DNA of 64,000 nucleotides from Priapulus caudatus (lineage: Eukaryota), in contig NW_014577084.1 in assembly GCF_000485595.1 (NCBI RefSeq), forward strand, positions 555,149 to 619,148, written 5' to 3'. The translations under genes were made by a program, and so were the position numbers. Of this stretch, positions 1 through 12,860 are shown piece after piece. The number at the start of each line of letters is the position of its first letter. Position 1 is the first letter of the stretch. The notes under the pieces were generated by a model. It had not been told where the DNA came from and did no database searches. It saw only the letters and a list, made by a program, of their open reading frames with translations.

Positions 1-575
1 CTTGTCAGATCGCATGTCGTCGTGCGTGCCGCTGCGTGCACGTCGTGCGTCCGTGAGTCGTCGTCAACGTTGGGCACAGAATCTTAACGCCGCGTACGGG
101 TCACGATCTTCGGGACGTGGGGGTAATCCGAAGAACGAGTGGGGATGTGTCGAAGACTGGGGGTCAAGGTCAAAGGCTCAGAGGTGTGAAAGAAGGGGGA
201 ACATTCACTCCTTAAACTCTAAGTATTCGCGGAGAAAATGCAGAATTGCCGGCACAAAATCTAAACGGCTCGACCTAGGCTCGTGATAGTCGGTTGTATA
301 GCCATTCACTGGTAGAAAAGCCATCACTGTGCCGAAATTGGAGGTCACAGGTCAAGGTCAATGGGCACGGCCGATTTTAGACATTCTTCTGAGAACATGG
401 TCTGACGGAGCGATTGAAAAACTTTTTTGTTTAGGCGTGACTAGCATTTTTTATGGCCATTATTGAAAGGACCATGAATCTCTTTCTGTGACTGCGAAAG
501 TAAGATGTCACTCATAACCTTTTGACCTCAAGAGGAGGGTTAAAACTGGATCTTGTTGACTGTTATGTTTAGAAA
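1..575 (+). mobile_element. Dispersed repeat, Helentron-associated (HINE/DINE-1-like) type; cut by the window edge
   Basis: Colinear with 20760-21300, including gacatggtctgacggagcgattgaaaaacttttttgttt and ggtcaa motifs. Confidence 0.7.
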
Positions 576-2601
576 GAACTTTTGACTGCCGCGGTTTGCT
601 GAGTAGAATCTATACAATTGCCTGGATGTATGAGGCTACAAGGTCACAAGCTGAAATCTTCAAAAGCTAATTTGGTTAAAGAAGGTTTATGCCTCCTTAA
701 TCGATTATAATTTCATGGCATTCTGTACTGTCAGTATTGTTACGATGTAACGTATGCCACTGCCAGTGGCTCACTGCCAGATGTGTTGTGTACTGTGAGT
801 TTTCCTGGTTAATTGGTTACAGGTGGCAGCTCTCTTTTGCAGCCTGTGCTTGCGTAGGTAAATCGGTGAGTGTTACCTATTCTGTCTTGCAGATAGTTGA
901 TTGCGACTTACGTAGGATGGGGCTTCATCTTAATTCTGTAAATATAAACGTCACGCACATCTCGTGCAACTTTTCATAACGTCCCACGAACCATTCTTTT
1001 GAGAAGGTTCCTGATACCATGCCCTGTCGCATTCACTGTTTCGGCGGTTGTGAAACACATTTTGGCGCTAACAGGGTTTACTAGAATGCCCACCACTCCA
1101 CCACAGAGTCCGCAGTAGACGTTAGATAGCGCTGTCGCCGCGCACTTGTTTATTGGGACCCGAGCTGTATGTACCTGTTCTACGTACTTCAACGATAAAA
1201 ATTGTTTTATGTCATTTCCGTGTTTGTTTCGTGGAGGCTTTTGCAACAGCAGCCGCTGCTGCCAATAGCATATTGTTGGTGCTCAAAATAAGGCAGACAT
1301 GCAATGTATTTTATCAATAATAATAATTGCCCCTGGCCCTATGGCTATACAACAAAAACTATTCCTATTTTGGAGCAGGCCACGGCCGTGCTTTTACGTG
1401 CCCATGGAAAACCACGTATCAGTCCAGGCTGCTCAATGTAGTTACTGGTGGTATGTGTTATATAACAGGCTGCCACACACCCTATGCGTGTGCTAGACCC
1501 ATCAGCATACATATATAAGTCTTACAAAGACACACAAACATATTGCAATCGTCCTGTAGCATGGATTTTCATGCTTAATTTCACTTTAATAAACGTCTAT
1601 TTAAGAAAATGTCTTCGAGGTAAGAATTCCTTGCACTTGTTAACTTTAGTGATTAAATGCCGTACACAATAACAACTTAGTGCTGTTGTACGTAAGGAAA
1701 TACAGTAAATAGATAACCATGATCGTCCTTTGCAGTATTTAAAGCCAGTATCAATTGGCATATATTGTTAGTTTAATCCGCTCGTCTTAAAGCTTCTAGT
1801 ATATTTAGTCCTATATTACCGATTCAGCTTAGAACATCGCTGCTACGATGATGCTACAAATCCAGATTTCCTAATTTTATTATATCACATTTTGTTTGCA
1901 ATTTTTAGTTTTTCCTATTGCCTATTGATAGTTTGATACGCTAGCTTTTGTTTATTTCTTTGTAGCTCTGGCTGAGCCCTCTAGCGTCGGTTTGCAAAAA
2001 CCCTCGGTGAATATTTTAAGATGCTATCCTTTGATTAGCTACTATTATTATTTCTTAATCATGTGAATTTGAAAAACCCATATACGACTGGAGACAATGG
2101 GCTGCCATAATATCGTTAAAATACTTCTTCACTTAAGCCCAGATGACATCAGAAATGTGTAAGAAAAATATTGGCATGTCTCTGGAATCGTATTAAAAAG
2201 GCAGAAGCAATCAAACATTAATCTAGAATGCTCATTAAAGTTTTGCATTGGTGTTTTAGTTGTTTGTCGCCAATATCCGCTACAGCTGTCTAGTCGTTCA
2301 AGGTCAAGTGTACATAACTCCTCAGAGCCATCAGGTTTAGGTTAGTTCTCCCGAGTAGTAGGAAAATGTTTTTCTTGAAAAATCAACAGAAAGCAATCCA
2401 TTCTTGAGCATAGTCCCTTATTAAGTATCCCTTAATTATTATATAGCATTATATCTAATAGTATGTCTACGTTGTTTGTGTAGCATTCCAATCTTCCTCA
2501 TTATTCATCAGATTGTGTGTTAGTCCTCTTTTGCCCCCCGCCCCCAAAAAGATCATTTTAGAATGGATCACCGATGTTGACAGTTGGTTGTGTTTTTGTA
2601 G

Positions 2602-3200
2602 TGATATACTTTTTCCTGACCAACACAGTGAGCAGGAGAGATGTGTGCAAGAAGCCAGCATACCTTCCTCCTTTTCAATCTGTGTTTACAACATGGTAGC
2701 TTTGTCTGTCTCTCCACATCTTTCCAATGTTTAACAGTATCAACTGTCTTATTTTGAATTTTAAGCAACACGACCCCCAATTATGTTCCTCTATCATCCT
2801 AACATAATTGTTTATGTCAACAAAAACCACAATGTACATTTTGTTTAAACTTGAATATGTAATATTCTTGTTAAAGGTACGGTTAATTGTAAAAGAATGG
2901 TTGTTTCAGTAATATCTTTACGTTGCGATAATCTTTTTTGGAGCAGAGTAAACATACAGTTTCACAAAGCAGACTACGAGTAACAGCACTTAAAGAAGGT
3001 TCATTGCGCTTAATTTGCCAAAAAAAGAAAACTAACTCGTTTGTTTTTCTTTAATTTACTTCGTGTCTTTTAATCATCGCGCATGTTGCAGAAGGCAGTT
3101 TTTGAGCCATCGGCGAGAGTTTGAAGGAGAGCGACAGCCAGCACTATTGAGCATGCCGATCCGCCATTAACCCATCACTATGTAAGAGTTTGCAGACCTC
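2602..3200 (+). pseudogene. Frameshifted duplicate of the two TTC7 exons (about 2602-2695 and 3092-3200); probably an assembly artefact
   Basis: Matches 5549-5646 and 6017-6121 but with many 1-bp indels. Confidence 0.75.
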
Positions 3201-5548
3201 GTGATGATATGCTGATGTTAACTCTTTATCGCACGGTGCTTAATCAATGCGCGTTCAATTTATTCAGTGCAGCATTACCAATTGCTGTCCGCTGTATTAA
3301 CGTCTGTTGGGACGACGTGAGGTCCGTCGTTTCCCAATTTCGAGGCTGTATGGTTGGTGCGTCGTAGAGGAGAGAGGGGAAAAAGAGAGAGAGAGAGAGA
3401 GTTGAGAGAAGGAGAGAGCGAGAGTTGCGTGATGCAATCAATCATGCGCTCTGAGCTCGAAGGAGATGGTGCTTAAAGATTCAATTTTATGTGGATATTG
3501 GGGAAGGGCGTAGAGAATAGGCTGAAAAAAAAATGGGACTGACAGTTCTGCCAGGATCAAGAGGGAAGATGAAGGACGAAAGGGTACGTAGAGAAGGGTA
3601 GGGAATGATGAGGGAAGAGAAAATGAGGAGGTGAGGGCAAGAGGAAAGGAAGGCAGATGACATAAGTGAATGAAGAAGGAGAGAGATGTAGAGTGAGTTG
3701 AGAAAGGGGAGGGGGGTGCCGTCTATGAGGGGAGCAGAAGTGGAAAGAATGAGAGCAGATAGGGTGAAGAGAAGGTGGGAGACTAACACTATACCGTGTC
3801 AGTCGGCATAAAGGAAGTTATACGCATGAAATTTAAACCAGATCACGAAAAATGATTGTATACATCAGAATCCGCGTTTCAGCATGACAATGTGACAGAT
3901 TGCGTTAAGTATGTGGCTACAGCACGGTCGCGGGTGTCATGGCGCCGTTCAAATTTCATAGCGTTGATGTGTAATTAATTATAACAATTAAATTAGGTAT
4001 CTGGTAACAAATACGTGTGGGTATAGAGTCTATAGACGATTTGTTATACAGTAAGTACAGTTGTATGCAGTAAAATCTTAGAGTCTACTATCCCCTTTAA
4101 TTGCGTCACCCAGCATTTAGTTATTTATGACCCCGAGCTGTTGTACCTGTTCTACGTTATTACCTTCAAGTAAAATTGCTTTTATCATTTCCGTTTTTGT
4201 TTCATGGAGGCTTTTGCACAGGCAGCGCTTCTGCAATGGCATATTGTTGTGCTCAAAATAGGGCAGAATGCATGTATTTTTTATCAATAATAATAATGCC
4301 CCTTGAGCCCTATGGCTAAACAAAAAACATATTCCCTATTTTTGGAGCAGGCCACGGCCTGCTTTTACGTGCCATGGAAAAACACGTATCAGTCCTGGCA
4401 TGCATCAATGTAGTTACTGGTGGTATGTGTTATATAACAGGCTGCAACACCCATGCGTGTGTAGACCCCATCAGCATTACATATAAAGTCTACAAAGACA
4501 CACAAAATTTAGCAATCAGTTCCTGTAGCATGGCATTTCATGCTTAATTTCACTATATAATAAACTCTATCTTAAAAAATGTCCTTGAGGTAGAATTCCT
4601 TGCCCTGTTAACTTTTATGATTAAATGCCTTACACAATAACAACTTAGTGCTGTTTGTACGTAAGAAATACAGTAATAGCATTTCCCATGATCTGTCCTT
4701 GCAGTCATTAACAGCCAGTTCAATTGCATATGTGGTAGTTTTAATTCCCCGCTTAAAGTTCTAGTATATTCTAGTCCTATATTTACCTATCAGCTTAGAA
4801 CATCCTGTACAATGATGCTACAATCCAGATTTCTAAATTTTATTATATGATTTTGTTCAATTTTTTAGTTTTTCCTATTGCTATTGATATGTTGAACGCT
4901 ACTTTTGTTTTATTTCTTTATGTAGCTCTGCCTGAAAGCCTCCTAGCTTCTTTGCAAAACCTCGTGAATATTTTAATGCTATCCCTGTTGATTAGCTACC
5001 TATTAATTTATTCTTAATCATGTGAATTTGAAAAAACCCATATACGACTGGAGAACATGGGCTGCATAATATGTTAAAATACTTTGTGGCACTTAAGCAG
5101 ATGACATCAGAAATGTGTAAGAAAATTATTGCATGTCTCTGAATGTATTAAAAGAGGAGAAGCAATCACATTAATCTAGAAGCTCATTAAAGGTTTTGCA
5201 TTGGTGTTTTAGTGTTTTGTCGCAATATCCGCTACAGCTGTCTATCGTTCAAGGTCAGTGTAATAACTCCTCAGAGCCATCAAGCTTTAGAGTTAGTTCT
5301 CCGAGTAGTAGGAAAAATGTTTTTCTGAAAAATCACAGAAAGCAAATCCATTCTTGTACATAGTCCTTATTAAGTATCCATTAATTATTATATAGCATGA
5401 TATCTTAATATTTGTCTACATTGTTTGTGTCACAATTCAATCTTCCTCATTAGTCATCAACTTGTGTGTTAGTCCTCTTTCTGCCCCCCCCCAAAAAAAC
5501 ACATTTTAGAATGGATCACCGATTTGACCAGTTGGTTGTTTTTTGTAG

Positions 5549-5646
5549 TTGAATTATATCTTTCTTCTGACCAACCAGTGGAGGCAGAGAGATGTGTGCA
5601 AGAAGCCAGCAGTACCTTCCCCCTTTCACATCTTGTTTTACACATG
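5549..5646 (+). CDS. TTC7: TTC7-family TPR protein, internal exon: (V)ELYLSSDQPVEAERCVQEASSTFPLSHLVLHM
   Basis: Acceptor ttttttgtag and donor ATG|gtatg; phase 1 in, phase 0 out. The peptide aligns by eye with the TTC7 C-terminal TPR segment (recalled human TTC7B EVYIGIGKPAEATACTQEAANLFPMSHNVLYM). Confidence 0.9.
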
Positions 5647-6016
5647 GTATGCTTTGTCTGTCTTCCACATCTTTCCAATGTTTACAGTATCAACTGTCTT
5701 ATTTTGAAATTTTAGCAACACCACCCCCAATTATTTCCTCTATCATTAACATAATTGTTAGTCAACAAAAAACCACATGTCATTTTTTTAAATTGAATTA
5801 TGTTAATATTCTTTTAAAGTACGGTTAATTGTAAAATGGTTGTTTCAGTAATATTTTACAGTGCGTAATCTTTTTTGGAGGCAGAGTAAACATACAGTTT
5901 CACAAAGCAGACTAGATAACAGCACTTAAAGAAGTTCATCGCTTAATTGCAAAAAAAGAACTAACCGTTTGTTTTTTCTTTAATTGACTTGTGTTTTAAT
6001 CATCGCGCATTTGCAG

Positions 6017-6121
6017 AAGGGCAGGATTTTTGAGCATCGGCGAGAGTTTGAGGAGGCGAAGCAGCACTATGAGCATGCGATCGCCATTAACCCATACTAT
6101 GTCAAGAGTTTGCAGCACCTG
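6017..6121 (+). CDS. TTC7: TTC7 internal exon: KGRIFEHRREFEEAKQHYEHAIAINPYYVKSLQHL
   Basis: Acceptor catttgcag and donor CTG|gtgagt; 105 bp, phase 0/0, in frame with the previous exon. TPR pattern resembles TTC7B RGQIAELRGSMDEARRWYEEALAISPTHVKSMQRL. Confidence 0.92.
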
Positions 6122-8523
6122 GTGAGTATGCTGATGTTAACTCTTTATGCCACGGTGCTTAATCAATGCGTCTCAATTATTCAGTGCTAGCCATTACCAT
6201 GCTGATGCCGCTGTATTACACGTCTGTTGGGACGACGGAGGTCGTCGTTTCAATTTCGAGGCTGTATGGTTGGTGCGTCGTAGAGAGAGAGGGGGAAAAA
6301 GAGAGAGAGAGAGAGAGTGAGAGAAGGGAGAGAGCGAGAGTGGTGAATGCATCAATCAGCGCTCTGACTCGAAGTGAGTGGGTGCTGAAAGATTCAATTT
6401 TATGATGGGATATTGGGGAAGGCGTAGAGAATAGGCTGAAAAGAAAATGGGACAACACTTGCCAGGACAAGAGGAAATGAAGGACGAAAGGGTACGTAGA
6501 GAAGGGTAGGGAATGAGTGAGGGGAGAGAAATGAGGAGGTGAGGGCAAGGGAAGGAAGGAGGAATGAAAAATAAGAGAATGAGAGAAGGAGAGAGGAATG
6601 TAGAGTGACTGAGAAAAGGGGGAGGGGGGGGGTCGTCCATATAGGGGAGCAGAAGTGGATAATGAGAGCAAGATAGGGTGAAAGAGAAAGAGTGGGAGAC
6701 TAACATATACCGTGTCAGTGGCATAATTAGAAGTTATTACAAAAATTTAACCCAGATACGAAAAATGATGTATACATCAGAATCCCGTTTCAGCATGACA
6801 ATGTGACAGATTGCGTTAAGTACTGGCTATATATTAGCACACATGTATATCTGCAATACATGCAATATACATTTGACCCTGGCAGAAACGTCAAGGTGAT
6901 GATGGATGTTGCTCATGCATATTCTAGTTAGCACTAATGTGTCCTAATATGTTGTTAGTTAAACGTGTCATGTATATCATTAATCATATAGTTGGATGAT
7001 GAGATATGTGTAGGATTAACTGAGTATAATTTGACAAATTACTCGATCACGTCTGAGCTAGACATTGAGTGCGGTGCGCTATCTACACAATCTGCATGCA
7101 GAAATGTGATCCAAAATTTCTGCCACAAGTTACATGAAATAAAAACGTCCTGCGTAGCCACGGCGTCTTTGTACAGTCATCCACAAACATTCGCATTCCA
7201 AATCCACGGCTCAAGAGTGCGATGTTTCTACACGCACTATTTTGTCACGAGTTTATGAATCACACAAAGATGAATACCGCTTGCTGATCCCCCCTTCATC
7301 CCCCCTGCTAAACCCCTATTCCAGCACGAAAAGAAGTCACTTGGGGAGGGGGGATATCCAGGCATCGCCGGAATAATTGCAGACTCCATGGGTATGAGCA
7401 ATTTTGAAGTGTCATTGCGTGTTTTGGGGATGCCGGTAAAAATAGTAGGCACAGCTTCTTCTTCTTCTACGTGCGCCGACACGTGTCATAAAACGTGGCA
7501 GCCTTGACTTGTCAGTAGATAGGTGCCCGAAGCACGACGCAGAGCCAACTAGGACAGGCAACAGCTGTGACAAGCAGAAGTTGGTTTGGTGTTACGTGCT
7601 AGGCGTGAGCGTTCAGGGGATGAGCTGCAACATCGATGGCTACACCGGGGAATCGGCCACAAGAAGGAAGAAGTGAAATATAAAAGGGCAGGTGAAGATC
7701 TACTCTGGCTCTTTGGGGAACGAGCGTATGGAATATTTGAACGGAATGCATTCGGAAGCTAACGAAAACGAGAAAAGAGAAAAAATAGGAACGAGATAGT
7801 CGCGACGAGCCCACACGTGGGAAGGAAGATGAAATCAAATCAAATATATGCATGCAATGTAATAAAATATGTCGATATAATGTATGCACTCAATTACCGT
7901 AAATTTATGCATCTCTCCTATTACTGCTTCAAGTAGCGTAGGTGTGAACGGCTACGATACAGTTATGTTATTTAGTACGTGCTGTTCGTATAGGAAAAAC
8001 GCACTTTGAAAGAGCTCATATTGTAGTCGATATTGATATATAGATGAATTTAATAGTACCGGTTCTAGTATAACAAGCAAACAAAATGCTCAATGGATTT
8101 ATCTAACCGAGTATATAAGAGTATGCTGTGATGCAGTAGGTAAATCCCAAGACTTGTTACCAGCTTGGCTAGTGATTGGTGGATACACTGCCCGTACATA
8201 GTAATGATTTTTTTCTGTCTCTCTTAGTGTCAATGTGTAATTAGTTGTGTCCTTAAGCGAGAAGTGCTGTAAAAGTCGTCATAAAATTGGAATTTACAAA
8301 CATTTGCCCCAGCGATGAATCGGGCCCCAGCAAGAAATCGGTCTCAAATTTAGTCTCAAGTGCGAAATTCGTCATTTTAATTCAATTTTAATAATCGAAA
8401 TCTCGATTTTTTAACAATTTCTACATACATTTTTCACTCATACCCCTACTTGTCATGATTAGAAAGATAGATCATTAATTCGAGAAAGAGGTAATAAGGA
8501 GAGGATTTCCGTAAAGGGAGCTA

Positions 8524-9235
8524 GGTCTATCCCCCATAAAATTCCGTAAGGATTTATTTGCCCAGGGGTCAAATAGGGCCAATTGCCAAAAGGTTGACCC
8601 AGGGTAGCACCTGACTCGGGCATCAGGCAGGCGAGCGGTCTCGTACGTACCTGTATTACTATGATCTATACGTAGTCAATACGTATCAAGCAGCGGCCGC
8701 CGTCCTCACCCGCCGTCACTGGTCGGCTCCGCTGCGGCGTCGCGGCGTGCTAAGCAGCGTCGCGCGCGCGGGAGAGATAGGGAGAAGAGACAGATGAGAG
8801 CTGTTGCTTGTTCCACCCCTGCGTGATGTTCATTGATTTTTCATATAGCGCATTAATACATTAAACGCAACTAGCGCTGGCGCGTGAGTGTAGTCGCGTT
8901 CGAAAAGTCTGCGCGCTCCATACAGTCGGGCGCGTAGTGTAGCACGAAGGGTCGTTGTCGTATAATGGCGTATAATATGTACCCGTGGTAACTATTTGAT
9001 ATGGTTAGGGTTACGGTTAGGGTGTTAGGGTTAGGGAGTAGGCATAGGCGACATACTCGCCCTACTCCACTAACGAGTCTAGGTACTCGCCTACGCCTAC
9101 TTCCTAACTCTAACCCTAACCCGAACCCTAACCCTAATCCTAACCTTAACCATATCAAATAGTGACCAGGGTACGTTCAGGTATACCGGACCGTACCCAG
9201 GGTACGTTCCGGCAGTACCCTGGGGGACATAGACC
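8524..9235. mobile_element. Putative non-autonomous DNA element with inverted TTAGGG-like arrays
   Basis: Ends ggtctat-ccccca and tgggggacatagacc are near reverse complements. Internal inverted repeat at 8979-9174 and repeated cccagggta motifs. Confidence 0.55.
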
Positions 9236-10830
9236 CTATGAGCTGCAGTATTTAAAGATATGAGTCGGGCGGTTACAAACTGCCGATCGCGAATTGTAGG
9301 TGTGGGAGAATTTTAGACAGGTTTCAAGCTACCGGTGAGGTTTAGAATTTCACAGCGTAGCTACAGGGTAAGTTCCGGACGGCTGTACCTGGCGATACGG
9401 GTTACGCGTGAGAGATTTTGCCACCTGTCAGCATACTAAGTATTGATTAGAGAATGTGTACTTATGTTGCAGTAATGTCAATGAATGAGTTTTTCATAGT
9501 GGCATAACCTGTCGCTTTTTGCGTTTTAATAAAAGTCAGTGGCGGTGGTGCCGATTTCCTTCTGTAGATACAATCAATTTAATAGCATGTAATGCTAGTA
9601 AAACGGAGTCTTTACAGGAATAAAGTAACTGCATGGTGTCTATACGTCTGCGTGCGCGCGTGCGTACACGTGTGTATAAATGCAAATACATAAAAATATC
9701 ATGGTTAACTGGAATCACGTATCACACATGCGCCAAACGAATTTACTTACATCTGTCCAAACCTTAATAAGTTCAGCATGGTTGGGAAATTAAACGGGGA
9801 AAAGTAATTCAGTGAATCGAAAGGTTTCACAGCTGTAATTTCGATAAGCCCATCCAATTTCCATGGAAACTGGTGTGTTTTTGCAGTTGTAGCAAGCTGT
9901 ATCACACATCTTTGCTATTTTAATTTACAATTTACTAATGTTGTTTTATGCTGCTTTGAAGCTGCCTGCGTGCTAGACGGTTTACCCATTATATTTCCCT
10001 TGCCCCAGATTAGCTTCTTGTAGTTTTGTGCTGATATAGACCAGCAGTATGAAAGCCAGATTCTATTATATACTCACTGTTAATTTTACTTTACATTTTT
10101 AATGACGCCGTTGATAGAGGATCCATCAGACTTGATACAATTAACTGCACTGTTGGCAATGGATGGAAGCCAGGCAGCAAGGCATTAGAACAGTTACTCC
10201 ATGCCATGTCACTCACTGCATTCATTGCCTATGATAATATCCTCCCCATAAATAATATTGATATATCTTGAATAATATCTTGAACAACATTATTCGTTTC
10301 CATAGACAATATACTACTAAACAATATTATTCCTTCCCATAGACAATATACTATTACTACTGAACTATATTATTCCTCATAATTATTAAACTATTGAACA
10401 ACATTGCTCCTTCCCATATACAATAATTACTGGCCATTATGATTCATTCCCACAGACAATATGCTACTGAAAATGTTATTCCTATCCTTAGTCAATATAC
10501 TACAGGATAATTTCACCCCTGATTATATTCTGTAGCTGATATTCTACGAGTTCTCCAAACAATATCCCACCTGATAATATCCCCCAGATAATTTCCTACC
10601 TGATATGATATCACGCCCAGGCTGCCAATTTCCAGAAGATTATTTCCCAGCAGGAATGTTGTCTTCCGGGTCGTTCATTCTTCCGGGTCGTTCCGGTCCG
10701 ATCATTGCCAGGGGGCGTTTAAACCTTTCATAGAGATATTGTTCAGGCGAGGTTGTGTATTACAGGTATTGTGTATGTAATACAGTATACATGTTAACGG
10801 TGGATATTACAGATGTCCGTACGACCGGAT

Positions 10831-11207
10831 CACAGGCACTTGGAGCGATTCAATAAAATATAATGCTAAATAAATAAGAAATCTATTTACTACCAAAGTC
10901 TGTTTCTCTTCTCTCTTTCGCCTATTATTGCCGACAATTTCCTGTAAATCCCGTCCAAATGCTCATCTGCAACACACTGTCACACGCTGGCCGCCGCATT
11001 CTAGCTACTGCACACTGACACATAAATATATATTTATGTGTCAGTGTGCAGAAGCTAGCGTGCGGTGTACTTGTGTGAGCATTTGACCGGCATTTACAGG
11101 TGATTATAGGCGAAATAGAGTAGAGAAACATTAAGACTTTGGTAGTAAATATATTTCGTCTTTATTCACCTTTTTATTTTTTTATTGAGACGTTCCAAGT
11201 GCCTGTG
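10831..11207. mobile_element. 377-bp MITE with long TIRs (CACAGGCACTTGGA...TCCAAGTGCCTGTG) and 8-bp TSD; P- or hAT-type
   Basis: Perfect TSD gaccggat at 10823-10830 and 11208-11215; imperfect TIRs longer than 100 bp. Confidence 0.9.
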
Positions 11208-12013
11208 GACCGGATGAAGTTACCGTTGTATATAGTGGCGTAATATATACCGATGCAGCGTAACATCGCTGAGTGTTGTTGTCTATGTGTAGTAAAATAG
11301 TGAATTAGGATGTAAGATTACATTGAAACGCCTAAATTATATTACCTGTCAGGGAGCAGTCTTGTATTATTTTGATGCTGTTATGATTTCAGTGCAGCAA
11401 GCGCCAGCGTTCAAAGCTGTGCATTACCTCCCATTAGAAAACTGATGAAATTTAGGCTGATATGGACGGCTGCTGTAGCATATATACGAGTGTAGACGGT
11501 TTTTCATACAGGGAGAGACGAGGGGCTCAGCTGCAACTCTGCCTACGTGTTCAACAGTGACGTCGGTTTCTGTTAAAACCTTATATTAAATTTTACGGTT
11601 GTGCGAAATATTTTTCAAATTGCTCATTTTGTTCAATAAATGGGAGATTTTCGCCTGTTGGCTAGTTGTAATTGCTACTGGCATATGTGCCAGCTATGGA
11701 TACACACAGCTCACGAATGTGGCAGAATGTGGCAGAATGTGGCAACTATTTGTCCTTTGCGTCTCCATACCCTCCTGTCCTGCCCCACCTGCTCGTTCCG
11801 CCACAGTCCATCTGTTCCTCTCCCTTCGCGTTGCCCTTTTCTTTCGTATCATTTGCCGTTCCTACTTCCTTGTCAGTTTCTTGTTATCTTCTTCTTCTAT
11901 GGTTTCCGCTTCTCTTTGTCTCTTGCAGCTCCTTTCGTTTCCTCTGTAGCCTTCTTCACAGGGGTTGCAGGCACGGTTTGTTTGCTCGCATGATGGCAGA
12001 GCGCTGCGGCTGA

Positions 12014-12482
12014 GAGTGTGGGCGTGTTATACGTGTGAGAGGTCAAAATACTCCAAGCCGAGTGTGGGCGTGTTATACGTGTGAGAGGTCAAAATACTCC
12101 AAGCCGAGTGTGGGCGTGTTATACGTGTGAGAGGTCAAAATACGCCAAGCCGAGTGTGGGCGTGTTATACGTGTGAGAGGTCAAAATACGCCAAGCCGAG
12201 TGTGGGCGTGTTATACGTGTGAGAGGTCAAAAGACGCCAAGCGGAGGGGGGGCGTGTTATATGTGTGAGAAGTCAACATACGCCAAGGCGCGAGTGTGGG
12301 CGTGTTATATGGCGTGTGAAGAGGTCAAAATACCCAAGGCCAAGTGTTGGGCGTGTTTATAGCGTGTTGAGAGGTCACAAGACGCCAAGCCGAGTGTGGG
12401 CGTGTTATACGTGTGAGAGTCAAAATACGCCAAGCCGAGTGTGGGCGTGTTATACGTGTGAGAGGTCAAAAGACGCCAAGCG
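12014..12482 (+). repeat. 46-bp minisatellite, about 10 copies
   Basis: Unit gagtgtgggcgtgttatacgtgtgagaggtcaaaatacgccaagcc at 12014, 12060, 12106 and onward; no spacers. Confidence 0.95.
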
Positions 12483-12774
12483 GAGTGGTGCGGAAGAGCA
12501 TGACATTCGAATTGTTTGACAAAAGGAACATCACTTAGATGCATTTGAGCATTAGATAATAATCGAACTGATCGCGTATAAACGACTGCTTTGTCTTTCT
12601 CGTATTCGGCGACCTCCTTCTGTCGGCATGGCGATACGGGGATAGATGGAGATAAGGGGAGAGAGTAAGCGAGACACTAAACGAGAGAGATGAAGAGCGA
12701 GAAAGAAAGAGATAGAGCAGGAAAGGGAGCGAACGAGAACGAGAGAGGGAAAGCGTGCGTGCGTGCTTGCTTGC

Positions 12775-12781
<7 letters not shown>

Positions 12782-12852
<71 letters not shown>

Positions 12853-12860
12853 GGAGAGAG
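12782..12860 (+). repeat. (GA)n microsatellite
   Basis: Direct inspection. Confidence 0.95.

Larger units (their letters stand above)
1150..6828 (+). repeat. About 2.7-kb tandem duplication (copy A ~1150-3918, copy B ~4120-6828)
   Basis: Colinear similarity from cccgagctgt...tgtacctgttctacgt to gacagattgcgttaagta; differences look mostly like single-base indels. Confidence 0.9.

Noticed and set aside
7237..7482. AVPTIF (THAP box) in a minus-strand ORF
   Set aside because: An in-frame stop lies just upstream and no C2CH zinc ligands are recognisable; probably chance.
12014..12482. CRISPR-like regular repeat
   Set aside because: Units are contiguous with no unique spacers, the context is a eukaryotic intron, and no cas genes are present.
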